Below, one piece after another: positions 1-10,842 of a DNA stretch of 64,000 nt (position 1 is its first letter; every line of letters begins with the position of its first letter). A program made the translations under genes and the position numbers. This DNA comes from an uncultured delta proteobacterium (GTDB taxonomy: Bacteria; Desulfobacterota; Desulfomonilia; UBA1062). The notes under the pieces were generated by a model. That model was not told where the DNA came from. It saw nothing but the letters and a program-made list of their open reading frames with translations, and did no database searches. The stretch is from positions 192,001-256,000 of the forward strand of contig CAVVYZ010000001.1 of the NCBI GenBank assembly GCA_963752595.1, in the 5' to 3' direction.

Positions 1-2
1 AC

Positions 3-395
3 AGGCTCTTCACGCAGCAGCTCGATCTGCTCGACCGGTGCGGATCGCTGGAAGATTTTGCCTCCATCGAGGTGGAGATCCAGGATACTCTCGTGAAGCT
101 TGCCGGGAGCACCATCCTGCGGCTGTTCGCCAACTCCATGCGCAAGCTCCGCCTGCAGTTCGCCATCTCGTTTTTCCGGTATGTCGACAGGCGCAGGCAC
201 GTCATCACACAGCGTGCCTGGGTCCAAGACCAGATGGCAGGAAAAACAAAGCCGGAAGACGTATCCTCCCGGCTTCGGTCCTATCTCATCGAGCAGACGC
301 AAACGCAGCGGGAGCGCTTGTCAAGGCTGCCGTCGAACCCGAGCCGCCGCACAAAGCAAAGAACTCCGGGAACACCGGGCAAAAGCGGCACATGA
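3..395 (+). CDS. Partial CDS (5' end outside window), possibly the C-terminal domain of a GntR/FadR-type regulator
   Basis: Frame open from base 3 (RLFTQQLDLLDRC...EVEIQDTLVKLAGSTILRLFANSM) to TGA at 395; helical FCD-like pattern; family call is weak. Confidence 0.4.
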   Translation, partial: RLFTQQLDLLDRCGSLEDFASIEVEIQDTLVKLAGSTILRLFANSMRKLRLQFAISFFRYVDRRRHVITQRAWVQDQMAGKTKPEDVSSRLRSYLIEQTQTQRERLSRLPSNPSRRTKQRTPGTPGKSGT

Positions 396-496
396 ACCGT
401 GGGTCTTAACGAGGTCCAGGGGGCGTGCGAGGCCCTTCACTCAGGCAAATCCGGCGACGTGAAGATCGTTATCAGACCGTGAAAGGGAGAGAGCCC

Positions 497-1528
497 ATGG
501 AAAAGATCGCATATTTCGATTCGACGCACGACATGCCCGAGGAGATCCTCATGGCGGCGGGGTTTGTTCCGTACAAGATCATGGGGGATGTGCACACCCC
601 GCTCGAGACCGTGGACTCGTGCCTTGCAGCCTTTTTCTGCCCTGCTGCAAAGAGCTTCATGGTCGAGGCCCTGAACTCATCGAAGGACTGGGCAGGGATC
701 GTGTTCGCTCACGGGTGCGACGCCACCAACCGCCACTTCGATGTGTGGAAGATGCACGTGAAGACGCCGTTTCAGTACTGGCTGAACGTGCCGCTCAACA
801 CCGATGCGACAGCGGCCGGGTTCTTCAAGAAGGAGATGGAGCGTTTCATCGCAAGCCTGGAGAAGCAGTACGGCGTAAGCATCACCAGAGACGGGCTGAA
901 AAAGGCCGTCAGGGACTCCAATGCGATCAAGAAAAAGCTCCAGGGTCTGGGGGCGCTCAGGGCGAGTAAGGATATCCCCAACGCGGATTACTTCGATGTG
1001 ATGAAAAAGACCCTGCAGCTCCCCAAGGTTGAAGTCTTGAGCCTCCTCGACCGGACGCTGGAAGACTGGCGGAAGAGGCCTGTCTTCCCCGGAGACAGAA
1101 CCCCTGTCCTGCTCACCGGCTCGGATGTCACCTACCGGGAGTTCATGGAAATCCTCGATATCGCAGGCTTAAGGGCCGTACGGGACGACCTGTCCATCGG
1201 CGAGCGCTACTATGCAACCCTGATCCCGGAGGATGAGGACCTCCTCGATGCGCTCATCAGCTACCATTTCGCAAAGCCTGCACCCCCGACAAAGAATCCG
1301 CCGGCCCGAAGGCTGGACTACCTCTTAAGCTGCATGGAAAATACCGGGATCGAAGGCGTCGTGTCCCAGAATGTAAAGTTCTGCGAGCCCTTTGCCCTTG
1401 ATTCCGTGCTCATCAACAAGGCGCTCAAGGAAAAGGGGTATCCGCTCATCCATATCGAGCGTGACTTTACCCCCAACATCGACAACACCCTGGTGACCCG
1501 TCTGCAGGCATTCAGGGAACTGCTCTAA
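497..1528 (+). CDS. 2-hydroxyacyl-CoA dehydratase family subunit (beta / BcrC-like)
   Basis: PEEILMAAG; three cluster Cys motifs FCP, GCD, KFCEP; C-terminal TRLQAFREL; SD GGGAGA before ATG 497. Confidence 0.85.
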   Translation: MEKIAYFDSTHDMPEEILMAAGFVPYKIMGDVHTPLETVDSCLAAFFCPAAKSFMVEALNSSKDWAGIVFAHGCDATNRHFDVWKMHVKTPFQYWLNVPLNTDATAAGFFKKEMERFIASLEKQYGVSITRDGLKKAVRDSNAIKKKLQGLGALRASKDIPNADYFDVMKKTLQLPKVEVLSLLDRTLEDWRKRPVFPGDRTPVLLTGSDVTYREFMEILDIAGLRAVRDDLSIGERYYATLIPEDEDLLDALISYHFAKPAPPTKNPPARRLDYLLSCMENTGIEGVVSQNVKFCEPFALDSVLINKALKEKGYPLIHIERDFTPNIDNTLVTRLQAFRELL

Positions 1529-1539
1529 AGGGAGGCGAC

Positions 1540-2835
1540 ATGTCCGATATGCAAGCCCCTGTACAGGAAAAGAAAAAGATCAGGATGAAGTATACGCAGT
1601 CTGCCTCCGACCTGCTGGGCATCGTCATGAACTATATGGCGGATGCGGCAAAAGCCTCGCAGGACCCCCTTAGGAGATCCGCCTGGGTTACCGCAGGTTT
1701 TCCTGTGGAGCTCACGTGGGCGCTGGACGTGTTCTGCCTCATGCCGGAAAACTCGGCCATCGTGGCCGCGCTGCAGGGCAAGTCCCTGGAGATGATCGAG
1801 CACATGGAGAGCGAGGGCTACTGCCGCGATCTGTGCAGCTACATGAAGACCGGCATGGGCGCTTTCAGGAAAGGCCTGCCCATGCACGAGGGAGGGATAT
1901 TCAACCCCGATGTGATCCTTGCCGCCAACACCATCTGCGACACCCACTGGAAATGGTTCGAGATAGAGGCCCGCAGGCTGGGCGTCCCGTACTTCTGCTA
2001 CGACGTGCCGAGCTTCGTCTCGGGATCGGACGACGAGCGGATGGCGGAATATGTCGATTACGTCGAAGAGCAGACCTACAATTACTTCGGCTTCATGGAA
2101 AAGCACTTCGGTGTGCATATAGACGAAGCGCATTTCATGGCCGTCTTTGCCAACTCGGAGCGCCTGACCGACCTCTGGTGGCAGATCATGGATCTGCGCA
2201 GGCGGATACCGTCACCGTATCTCATCCAGGAAACCATCAACGCGCTGTTCCCGCTCGCCATCCTCATCGGCCTGGAGCAGAGCATCACGCTCTTCGAAAA
2301 GATCAGAAACGAGCTTGCGCAACGGGTGGACAAAGGCGAAGGCGCCGTAGCCAAAGGCGAAGAAAAATACCGGCTCATCTGGGAAGGCATCCCCATCTGG
2401 CACCGGACAAAGCTCTATAACGAGCTCCTGCAGTACGGGGCCGTGGTCGCTTACGAGCCGTACACCGAATCCTTCGGCGTGCGGAGGAAGGTGATGCCCA
2501 CATTCAAGGAACAGGTGAGCGAGATTGCGAAGGGATTCATCCACCTCCCGTACAACTACAATCTTGAGACCCGCATCCCCTACTTCGAAAAGCTCATCGA
2601 CGAGTACCGTATCGACGGCGTCATCCTGCACCACAATATGAGCTGCAGGCCGTCCGCAACGTCCATGATGGACCTCAAGAACGCCATCCAGAGGGACAAG
2701 GGCATACCGGTATTCCTCTTAGACTGCGACCAGGCCGACCCCAGAGCCTATTCCGAGGGCCAGGTGAGGACGCGCATGGAGGGTTTCATCGAGCTCATGG
2801 AGGGAAACGCTCATGCCCGCAGCAGCGCAGGGTAG
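1540..2835 (+). CDS. 2-hydroxyacyl-CoA dehydratase family subunit (alpha / BcrB-like)
   Basis: PEN motif, DLCSY, TICD, SCRP, DxxDPR...TRMEGFIE; SD GGGAGG. Confidence 0.88.
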   Translation: MSDMQAPVQEKKKIRMKYTQSASDLLGIVMNYMADAAKASQDPLRRSAWVTAGFPVELTWALDVFCLMPENSAIVAALQGKSLEMIEHMESEGYCRDLCSYMKTGMGAFRKGLPMHEGGIFNPDVILAANTICDTHWKWFEIEARRLGVPYFCYDVPSFVSGSDDERMAEYVDYVEEQTYNYFGFMEKHFGVHIDEAHFMAVFANSERLTDLWWQIMDLRRRIPSPYLIQETINALFPLAILIGLEQSITLFEKIRNELAQRVDKGEGAVAKGEEKYRLIWEGIPIWHRTKLYNELLQYGAVVAYEPYTESFGVRRKVMPTFKEQVSEIAKGFIHLPYNYNLETRIPYFEKLIDEYRIDGVILHHNMSCRPSATSMMDLKNAIQRDKGIPVFLLDCDQADPRAYSEGQVRTRMEGFIELMEGNAHARSSAG

Positions 2836-2863
2836 TCTGTATCAGAGCCTGGCCAGTGACCTT

Positions 2864-2887
2864 ATATTCAATTGAATGTTCAGTTAA
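2864..2887. promoter_or_regulatory. Palindromic operator candidate upstream of the TetR gene
   Basis: Perfect palindrome ATTCAATTGAAT (2866-2877) overlapping TGAA-TG-TTCA, just upstream of the tetR start. Confidence 0.45.
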
Positions 2888-2896
2888 TTACGTGAT

Positions 2897-3523
2897 ATGG
2901 ATACATCCATGAGAGCGCGAAAGAATGCAGAACTGAGGAAACCGGAAATCCTGGGGTTCTTTTACGAGACCATCGTCGAGGAAGGCATCGAAGGTGCGTC
3001 CATCGGCAAAGTAGCAAAGAGGATGGGCATCCATCCGAGCCTCATCATGCACTACTTCTCCACCAAGGAAAACATGATGATCGAGATGGTGGATTACATC
3101 ATCAGGGAATACTCGGACTTGCTGAACAACATCCATGTCGACAAGGACGACCCGCATGCCAGGCTCCACCAGCTCCTGGGTGTGCTCTGGGGCGAGCAGT
3201 GGTACGGGATGACCAACATCGCCGCGGATTTCTCGGTCATTTCGGTGAGCTTCCGGAATAATGAGATAAACGAGCGGCTTAAGCACCTCTATTCTCTGTT
3301 CAGGAAATACCTGTGCCGGGAGCTGAAGACATTCACCAAAGCAGGGATCATCCGGGTCGAAGACCCGCTCGTCACTGCCGACATCATCATCACCATGCTG
3401 GAAGGGTATCGTCACTTCAAGCATTTCTACGTGGATGAGCAATCCTCCGGCAGATTCCGGGAGGAGATGAAAAAGGCAGCGCTGTCCATGCTGAACTATG
3501 AACCCGGCGCCATGGGAAGCTGA
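2897..3523 (+). CDS. TetR/AcrR family transcriptional regulator
   Basis: N-terminal HTH GIEGASIGKVAKRMGIHPSLIMHYFSTKE. Confidence 0.9.
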   Translation: MDTSMRARKNAELRKPEILGFFYETIVEEGIEGASIGKVAKRMGIHPSLIMHYFSTKENMMIEMVDYIIREYSDLLNNIHVDKDDPHARLHQLLGVLWGEQWYGMTNIAADFSVISVSFRNNEINERLKHLYSLFRKYLCRELKTFTKAGIIRVEDPLVTADIIITMLEGYRHFKHFYVDEQSSGRFREEMKKAALSMLNYEPGAMGS

Positions 3524-3635
3524 CGAAGATGATCACCGGGTTTTCTTAAACGGACGGATCGAATGAGCTGCCCGGATTCGCGGGAGACGGCAGCCCATTA
3601 CTTTGACATAGAAAAATGAAGACGGAGGAAGGAAC

Positions 3636-4511
3636 ATGAAGGCAGAGGACATCAAGCGCGTACTCATCATCGGTTCAGGCACCATGGGCCGGCAGATCGG
3701 CTTTTATTGCGCACTGCACGGCTGCGACGTGATCCTCTACGACCTGAACCGGGAGATCCTGGATAAGGCCGTAAAGGGTCTGGAAAAGCTTGCAAAAGAC
3801 TATGCCGCCCAGTGGAAAACGCCCCAGGACGAGATCGATGGGGCCATGCACAGGATAATCCCCTCGTGCTCCCCGGAAGAGGCAGCTATCGATATCGATC
3901 TCGTGAACGAATCCGTGCCCGAAGACCCGGCGCTCAAAGCGAAGATCTTTGCGCAGTTCGATGCCCTGTGTCCGGAGCACACTATCTTCACCACCAACAC
4001 CTCGACGCTCCTTCCCTCCATGATTGCCGGGGCGACGGGCAGGCCCGAGAGGTTCCTGGCCTTCCACTTCCACGATATCCTCCTCACGGGCATCGTGGAT
4101 GTCATGCCCCATTCCGGGACACTGCCCGAGATTACGGAGGCGGTGAGGGAGTTCTCGTTGAGGATCGGGCTTGACCCCATCGACATCAAGAAGGAAAGTC
4201 TGGGCTATGTGTTCAATTACATGCTCATGGGCTTCTTTCATTCGGCCCAGACCCTGGCAGCGCGCGGGGTTTCAACCGTAGCGGACATCGACCGCGCCTG
4301 GAAGGGCGTCACCCACATGGACATGGGCCCATTTGCCATGATGGACAGGATCGGCCTCGATACCGTGTGGATCGTCACGGAGTACTGGTCGAAGAAGAGC
4401 AAGGACCCCCAGAGCGTCAAGAATGCCGAGTTCCTCAAACACTACGTAGAGAGGGGCGAGCTCGGCTGCAAGAGCGGCAAAGGCTTCTATGAATACAAGA
4501 AATCCGAATGA
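3636..4511 (+). CDS. 3-hydroxyacyl-CoA dehydrogenase family protein
   Basis: Rossmann GSGTMG, ESVPE, TNTS, HF, GPF..MD.IGLD, LG.KSGKGFY. Confidence 0.92.
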   Translation: MKAEDIKRVLIIGSGTMGRQIGFYCALHGCDVILYDLNREILDKAVKGLEKLAKDYAAQWKTPQDEIDGAMHRIIPSCSPEEAAIDIDLVNESVPEDPALKAKIFAQFDALCPEHTIFTTNTSTLLPSMIAGATGRPERFLAFHFHDILLTGIVDVMPHSGTLPEITEAVREFSLRIGLDPIDIKKESLGYVFNYMLMGFFHSAQTLAARGVSTVADIDRAWKGVTHMDMGPFAMMDRIGLDTVWIVTEYWSKKSKDPQSVKNAEFLKHYVERGELGCKSGKGFYEYKKSE

Positions 4512-4521
4512 GGGAGGCAAA

Positions 4522-6511
4522 ATGAAGTATCCCAGGTTGTTTTCACCCATAGAGATCAACGGCATGGCTGTCAGGAACCGGTCGGTCATGCCGGCCATAG
4601 GAACTGCATACGGTAACATGGACTGCACGGTGAGCGACCGGTATGTCGAATTCCTTGCCGCACGGGCACGGGGAGGCACCGGCCTGATCATTACCGAGGT
4701 ATGCGCGGTGCTGCCGCGCGGCAAAGGTTTCCCCAACGAGATCGGTTCCTGGAGCGACGACTTCATCCCCTCCCTGGCGAAGATCCCTGAGGCCCTCCAC
4801 CGGGAGGGTGCCTGATGCAGCGCTCCAGCTCCATCATGCCGGGAGGGAGACAACGGAGTTTGCGACAGGAGCCATGCCCGAGGCGCCGTCTCCGATCCCC
4901 AGCGCCATCCTGCAGCAGCCCTGCGAGGAGATGAGCCTCGACCGCATCGCGGTTGTGATCGACGCCTATGGGCAGGCGGCCGTGAGGGCGAAGAAGGCCG
5001 GGTTCGACGCAGTGGAAATCCACGGCGCGCACGGCTACCTCATCACCCAGTTCCTCTCCCCCTTTTCCAACCAGAGGCAGGACGCATACGGCGGGAGCGA
5101 CGAGAACCGGGCGCGCTTCGCGCTCGAGGTTATCGAGTCGGTCAGGGGCGCGGTGGGAAAGGATTTCCCGGTCATCATCAGGGTCTCGGCAGACGAGATG
5201 ATCCGCGGCGGGTATGACCTGGAATTCATGAAATGGCTCGCTCCGCGGCTGGTATCTGCCGGGGTTGATGCCATCCATGCCTCCATCGGCGTGTACTCCA
5301 CGCCGGGAAACCTGAGCATCGCATCCATGGAGACCGAGCCCGGGTTCAACCTGTTCCGTGCGCGAGCCATCAAAGAGCTGGTAAAAGTCCCGGTGATCGG
5401 GGTGGGGCGCATCAACGATCCGGAGCAGGCAGAGGAAGCCATCGCCAGGGGAGATGCCGACCTCATCTCCTTCGGCAGGCAGCACCTGACCGATCCCGAT
5501 TTCATGAACAAGGCGCGCTCCGGGGATCTCGACGATATCCGCTGGTGCGTTGCCTGCAACCAGGGCTGCATCGAGCGGCTGAGCTTCGAGATGAAATCCG
5601 CCACCTGCACCTTCAATCCGGTGTGCGGAAGGGAGTTCAAAGAGACTCCCGTATCGGGGGGCAGCGAAAAGGGATCGAACCCTCCCACTGCTGCGGACAC
5701 AAAGGCCAAGGGGCCGGCAGAAGTCCGAAAGAAGGTCTGGGTCATCGGGGCAGGTCCGGCAGGCCTTTCCGCAGCCCTGGCCGCTTCCGAATCCGGGCAC
5801 GAGGTCGAAGTGTTCGAGAGGGACGTTTCACCCGGAGGCCAGCTTCAGCCCGCGAGCTCTCCGCCCCACAAGGAGGCCTTCCTGGGATGGGTGAACTGGA
5901 TCATGCGGCAGCTGGACAAGCGCGGCGTACGGGTACGCTTCCAGGATGAGATAACCCTCAGCCGTCTTCAAGTGAATCCCCCGGATGCCGTGATCCTTGC
6001 AACCGGGGCATATCCGGTGGCGGCTCCCATCCCCGGCATCGATCAAAAGCATGTCCTGGACGCCCGGGATGTGCTTACGGGCAAGGTAGAAATCTCGAGC
6101 CCTGCGGTGATCCTCGGCGCCGGATACGTGGGCATGGAGACCGCGGAGTTCCTCCTCATGCACGGGATCAAGACAGCGGTGGTAGAGATGCTCGCGAGAC
6201 CTCCTGTGGGAAAAGAGACCGCCCACGGGTACTGGCTGCACAAGAGCATCAGGGAGGCGGGCGGCAGGCTGATGTTCGGCGCAACCGTGAAGAACATCGG
6301 CGCAGATGCGGTTGAATATACGCAGCAGGGCCGGGAGATGTCGGAGCCTGCAGCCATGGTGGTCACCGCCATGGGCGCCAGGCCGGAAAACAGCCTGGAA
6401 GAAAGCCTTCAACAGCTCAAGATCCCCTATGTTATCATCGGCGATGCCAAGAGCCCGAGACGGCTCCTGGAGGCGATCCACGAAGGGCACCGCGCCGGGA
6501 GGGAGATCTAG
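4522..6511 (+). CDS. NADH:flavin oxidoreductase (OYE/FadH-like enoate or dienoyl-CoA reductase), split by a 1-nt frameshift near 4815
   Basis: LFSPI..NR, RARGGTGLII, QLHHAGR, EIHGAHGYL, CxxCxxxC, GAGPAG; removing one base in GCCTGATGCA joins the two ORFs. Confidence 0.85.
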
Positions 6512-6636
6512 AGGTATCCAACCGGACAGATCCGGCCCGGTATTCTTCCCGAAACGTGTCGTGTGCTGAACAATGATGAGGCGGGATTTTCGTCTTTATC
6601 CTGCCTCATCATCTATTACTCCGATCAAAAGGTCTT

Positions 6637-8157
6637 TCAGGAAATAAACAGGTTGTTCGTCGCAAAATTCGGGTCGCTTGTCACGTTTACCCCGATGCGC
6701 CTCAGTCCTGCCTCGTCGCCGGGAGTGGGGATGTGGGTCATGTGCACCTCGCAGCCCCTCAAGTCTTTAATCCTTTCCAGGGCGAGCTTGGCCGCAGGGT
6801 TGCCGATGGCGCTGATGCTCAACGATACGAGGGTCTCTTCGAGGTCGAGGCTCACGGTTTTTTCTTCCAGGATCTCGGTTTTGAAGTTCCGCAGCGACTC
6901 GATGATGTTTGTGGGAAGCAGCTCGAGCTTTTCCGGGATCTCGGCGAGGTGCTTGATGGCCTTGAGGATCAGGCTCGATGCGGCGTGCATCATGGGAGAG
7001 TTGCTGCCTGTGACGATGGTGCCGTCTTTAAGCTCGATGGCTGCCCCGCAGTAGATACCCTCGTTGCCCTTTGTCTCGTCGTCTTGCGCCTCCACGGCGG
7101 TTTTCCTTGAGGGAACCACGGTGCTGCGGTATTCGGAAGTGATGTCGAAATCCTTCATGAGGAGCTCGACCCGCTGCACGGTCTCTTTGTCTGTGAACCC
7201 CATCGCGTATTCGCACTGGTAGCGGAAGTAGCGGCGGATCACCTCCTGGCGGGAGGCCTCCCTGACCACCTCGTCGTCCACGATGGCAAAGCCTGCGCGG
7301 TTCACGCCCATGTCCGTGGGCGACTTGTAGAAAGACTCACCGCCCGTGATCTTTTCCAGGATGCGCTTGAGCACGGGGAACACTTCCACATCACGGTTGT
7401 AGTTCACCGAGGTCTTTCCGTAGGCCTCGAGGTGGAACGGGTCGATGAGGTTGAAATCCCTGATGTCTGCAGTAGCGGCCTCATAGGCTATGTTGACCGG
7501 GTGCTTGAGAGGAATGCTCCAGATGGGGAAGGTCTCGAACTTGGCATAGCCTGCTTTCATGCCCCGGTGGTAGTCATGGTAGAGCTGTGATAGGCACGTG
7601 GCGAGCTTGCCGCTGCCCGGACCGGGGCCGGTCACGATCACGAGGGGTTTGTTCGATTCGATATAGGCGTTCGCCCCATAGCCCTCGTCGCTGACGATGA
7701 GGTCGATGTCGGTGGGGTATCCCTTGGTGTACCGGTGCGTGTAGACCTTGATGCCGCGCCTTTCGAGCTTGTTCTTGAACAGGCTCGCCGACGGCTGGCC
7801 TTCATAGCGCGTGATCACCACGCCGAGCACGTCGATGCCCCAGGTTTTGAGATCGTCGATGAGCTTCATGGCATCCGAATCATAGGTGATGCCGAAGTCG
7901 GCCCTGATTTTCTTGCGCTCGATATCACCCGCATAGATGCACAGGATGATGTCCGCCTTGTCCTTGAGCTCCTTAAGGAGCCTCATCTTTACATTCGGAT
8001 CGTATCCCGGAAGGACCCGCGCTGCATGATAATCGTACAGGAGCTTGCCGCCGAATTCGAGATAGAGCTTGTTATTGAACCGCTCTACCCTTTCGAGAAT
8101 TTCTTTTGTCTGTTCCCTGAGATAGCGTTCGTTGTCGAATCCTATGGTAGATTTCAT
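6637..8157 (-). CDS. DUF1846 / UPF0371 family protein (P-loop)
   Basis: GFDNERYL, LYLEFGGKLLYDYHAARVLPG, PGPGSGKLATCLSQLY, YAKFETFP. Confidence 0.9.
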   Translation of the reverse strand: MKSTIGFDNERYLREQTKEILERVERFNNKLYLEFGGKLLYDYHAARVLPGYDPNVKMRLLKELKDKADIILCIYAGDIERKKIRADFGITYDSDAMKLIDDLKTWGIDVLGVVITRYEGQPSASLFKNKLERRGIKVYTHRYTKGYPTDIDLIVSDEGYGANAYIESNKPLVIVTGPGPGSGKLATCLSQLYHDYHRGMKAGYAKFETFPIWSIPLKHPVNIAYEAATADIRDFNLIDPFHLEAYGKTSVNYNRDVEVFPVLKRILEKITGGESFYKSPTDMGVNRAGFAIVDDEVVREASRQEVIRRYFRYQCEYAMGFTDKETVQRVELLMKDFDITSEYRSTVVPSRKTAVEAQDDETKGNEGIYCGAAIELKDGTIVTGSNSPMMHAASSLILKAIKHLAEIPEKLELLPTNIIESLRNFKTEILEEKTVSLDLEETLVSLSISAIGNPAAKLALERIKDLRGCEVHMTHIPTPGDEAGLRRIGVNVTSDPNFATNNLFIS

Positions 8158-8573
8158 CCTTATCTCCTCGCCTTAAAGGTTTTCATACTGTACCAGGAAG
8201 CCCAATTCATCTGATACTGAACTACAATTGCGGCACTATATACCAATGTCTCATTGGGGACAATAATGTCTATTCTTAATACCCGGCATCGCATGAATAC
8301 TATCTATGGCTTTATGCTTCTTCACAAAAATGTACCAATCCCATGGTTTTTATTATCGAGCCGGAGGTAGAAGATCAGCTTGATCGCCGCATGACCGTAT
8401 GTACAGGAGGTGCGTTGTCATTTAGATTCATAGAAGCATGTGATAGCTTCGGCCGGGCAAGGATACACTCATTGAATAATGCCCGTGCAGCTATAGGAAT
8501 AAGCTATTTGCTATAGTATCCCCCTTCCTATAGACATACCTGGAGAGTTTCATCAAAAGAAAGGGAGAGAAAA

Positions 8574-9731
8574 ATGGAACATAAGATCGAGCCGCTACTG
8601 AACGATGAGTATACAGGCTTTCCGACAAAGCGGGCACTGGCGTACCTGCAGTCGAAGCGGGAAAAGGGATGCAAGATTGTGGGGGCGTACTGCGCGTATG
8701 CACCACTTGAGATCATCCGGGCCATGGATGCTGCCCCGGCAGTGCTGTGCGCCTATGCAAATTCTACCATCGAGACTGCGGAAGCCGTGCTGCCGTCCAA
8801 CCTGTGTCCCCTGATCAAGTCGAGCTATGGATTTATCCTCAAAGATACCTGCCCCTTCTTCAGCATTTCCGATGCCGTGGTCGGGGAAACGACCTGCGAC
8901 GGGAAGAAAAAGATGTTCGAGCTCATCTCCACCAACAGGCCTCTCTTCGTCATGGACCTCCCGCAGCTGCCCGACGAGAAGGAAGCGGAATCCAACTGGG
9001 CGGTCATGCTCAGGAAGTTCGCGTCGTTTCTGGAAAAGACCTTCGATGCAGTGATAGACGACGATGCCATCGAAGCGGAGATCAAGGATACGAACCGGAA
9101 GAACGCTCTCATGGACAAGGTCTTCTCCTATGCGATGCACCATCCGCCGCTCATCTCCTGGGAGGAGACATATGACTTCCTCCTCGTGGCTCAGCTCGCC
9201 AGGGCATCGGAGATCGAGGGCATGCTTGCCGAGGTTCTGGACAAGCTCGAAGACCGGAAGAGAAAAGGCATCGCTCACGGCCCGGAGAACGCACCGCGCG
9301 TGCTCGTCACCGGGTGTCCCGTGGGCGGCGATTCTCTTAAAGTATACCGGATAATCGAAGAAGCCGGCGGCCGCATCGTGGCCATGGATGCATGCTCGGG
9401 CATGAAGCCCTTTGCCGGCCGGATCAAAGAAGACACCGGCGACCCGATTGCAGCCCTCTCGCGGAAGTACCTGAAAATTCCCTGCTCCTGCATGACGCCC
9501 AATACCGGACGCCTGAAGGCCATGGACGGGCTCGTGGATAGCTTCAAGCCCGATGCCGTCATCGAGATTGTCCTCCATGCCTGCCATACGTACAACATCG
9601 AGTCGTACAAGATCGGGCAGCACGCGCGGAACGAGCACGGTCTTCCCTACCTCAAGATCGTCACCGATTATTCCACAGGGGATATCGAGCAGATCAGGAC
9701 CAGGATCGAGGCGCTCTTCGAGAGCTTATAG
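8574..9731 (+). CDS. Double-cubane-cluster-containing anaerobic reductase (DCCP/YjiM-like)
   Basis: YCAYAP, LPSNLCPLIKSSYG, CPFF, GETTCDGKKKMFE, TGCP, CSCMTPN, CHTYNIES. Confidence 0.85.
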   Translation: MEHKIEPLLNDEYTGFPTKRALAYLQSKREKGCKIVGAYCAYAPLEIIRAMDAAPAVLCAYANSTIETAEAVLPSNLCPLIKSSYGFILKDTCPFFSISDAVVGETTCDGKKKMFELISTNRPLFVMDLPQLPDEKEAESNWAVMLRKFASFLEKTFDAVIDDDAIEAEIKDTNRKNALMDKVFSYAMHHPPLISWEETYDFLLVAQLARASEIEGMLAEVLDKLEDRKRKGIAHGPENAPRVLVTGCPVGGDSLKVYRIIEEAGGRIVAMDACSGMKPFAGRIKEDTGDPIAALSRKYLKIPCSCMTPNTGRLKAMDGLVDSFKPDAVIEIVLHACHTYNIESYKIGQHARNEHGLPYLKIVTDYSTGDIEQIRTRIEALFESL

Positions 9732-9754
9732 GGATGTTTTAAGGGGATCGGTGA

Positions 9755-9806
9755 TCCGCCCTGCGCTTCAGGAGAATGAAGCGGTCCTCCCGAAGCGCAG
9801 GGCGGA
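9755..9806. repeat. Perfect 15-bp inverted repeat between convergent genes (terminator or REP-like)
   Basis: TCCGCCCTGCGCTTC (9755-9769) pairs with GAAGCGCAGGGCGGA (9792-9806). Confidence 0.7.
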
Positions 9807-10024
9807 ACATCTCATGCCGCGCTGTCCTGGATCTCTCATTTGCGCACTCGTCCTTTGCAAATAATTAATCACATGAATACAGCGGATGGTTTCAAGCCAT
9901 AAATAATCGAAGGCCGATATATCGAAACAGTCTTTGTTCCAAAAGGCGATCTGCCCTCACCCGTACCATGCAAGGTATTGATACGGCTCGGGACCAGCAT
10001 GCTCCTCGATGTATTGAGTTTGAA

Positions 10025-10249
10025 TTACAGGGTGCAGAGGTCGCGGAATTCCACGGCGCCCGTGAGGGCGGATATGATCTCTTCACGAAGCTCGGGGCGG
10101 AACCGGATGCACACCCCGCAATCGGAGCTGATCTGACGGGGCACCGGAATCACCTTGTGGACGATACCGTGCTTTTTCAGGGTTCTTTCGGCGAGCAGCG
10201 TCGAGCTCACCGAGTCGAACAGGAGTACGCAGTAGCCTTGGTCGCTCAT
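10025..10249 (-). CDS. DUF3343 family putative Se/S carrier protein
   Basis: F.S....L.AE..LK, IPVPRQISSDCG; overlaps the yedF stop. Confidence 0.85.
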   Translation of the reverse strand: MSDQGYCVLLFDSVSSTLLAERTLKKHGIVHKVIPVPRQISSDCGVCIRFRPELREEIISALTGAVEFRDLCTL

Positions 10250-10842
10250 ATCCGGATGATCTTCCCTGCCTTAAGCATGCTCTCGGCAATCTCATACATG
10301 TTGGATACCCTGCCCACAGCGAGCTTGTCCTTGATTTCGAAATACCCGAGGCAGGTTCCGCACACAAGGATAGTCACCCCTTTCTTCGAAAGATCTTCGA
10401 GGTCGTCGAGCACTTCGGAGCCCGAGACGGTGAGCTTTACCCCGGTATTGAAGAAAATCAGGGTAGTCGGCGGCTTGGATAGATCGGTCAGGGTATGGAT
10501 GAAGCTCTTCATGAGAACTGCGCCGAGCTCGTCATTGCCGCTTCCCATCGTGTCCGATGCAATGACCGCTACGACAGGGCCGGATACGGGCTCTGTTGAA
10601 TGACAGCCGGAGGTGTCTGCCTGCTTGGGCTCCTCCTGCCTGATGATGGTGAGATAGAGGTCGGCGCCTTTCCGGTTGAACGAGATCCTGCATCCCATGC
10701 TCTCTGCAAAACGCCTGACATTTTCCTCCGATTCCTTTTCGTTCACGATCACCGTGAACTCGGGGTACTGTTCAAGGGCTTTCTTGGTCAGGACAACAGG
10801 TTCGGGGCATGGCAGGCCCCGTGCATCGATCTCTTTTTTCAT
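10246..10842 (-). CDS. yedF: Sulfurtransferase-like selenium metabolism protein YedF (TusA + DsrE-like domains)
   Basis: IDARGLPCPEPVV..KKAL; G.G.DELG.VLMKSF; CGTCL.YF; G.VSNMYEI. Confidence 0.88.
   Translation of the reverse strand: MKKEIDARGLPCPEPVVLTKKALEQYPEFTVIVNEKESEENVRRFAESMGCRISFNRKGADLYLTIIRQEEPKQADTSGCHSTEPVSGPVVAVIASDTMGSGNDELGAVLMKSFIHTLTDLSKPPTTLIFFNTGVKLTVSGSEVLDDLEDLSKKGVTILVCGTCLGYFEIKDKLAVGRVSNMYEIAESMLKAGKIIRI

Noticed and set aside
4813-4815. TGA in the OYE gene as a selenocysteine codon
   Set aside because: Homology continues in a different frame and no SECIS-like hairpin is evident; a 1-nt insertion explains it
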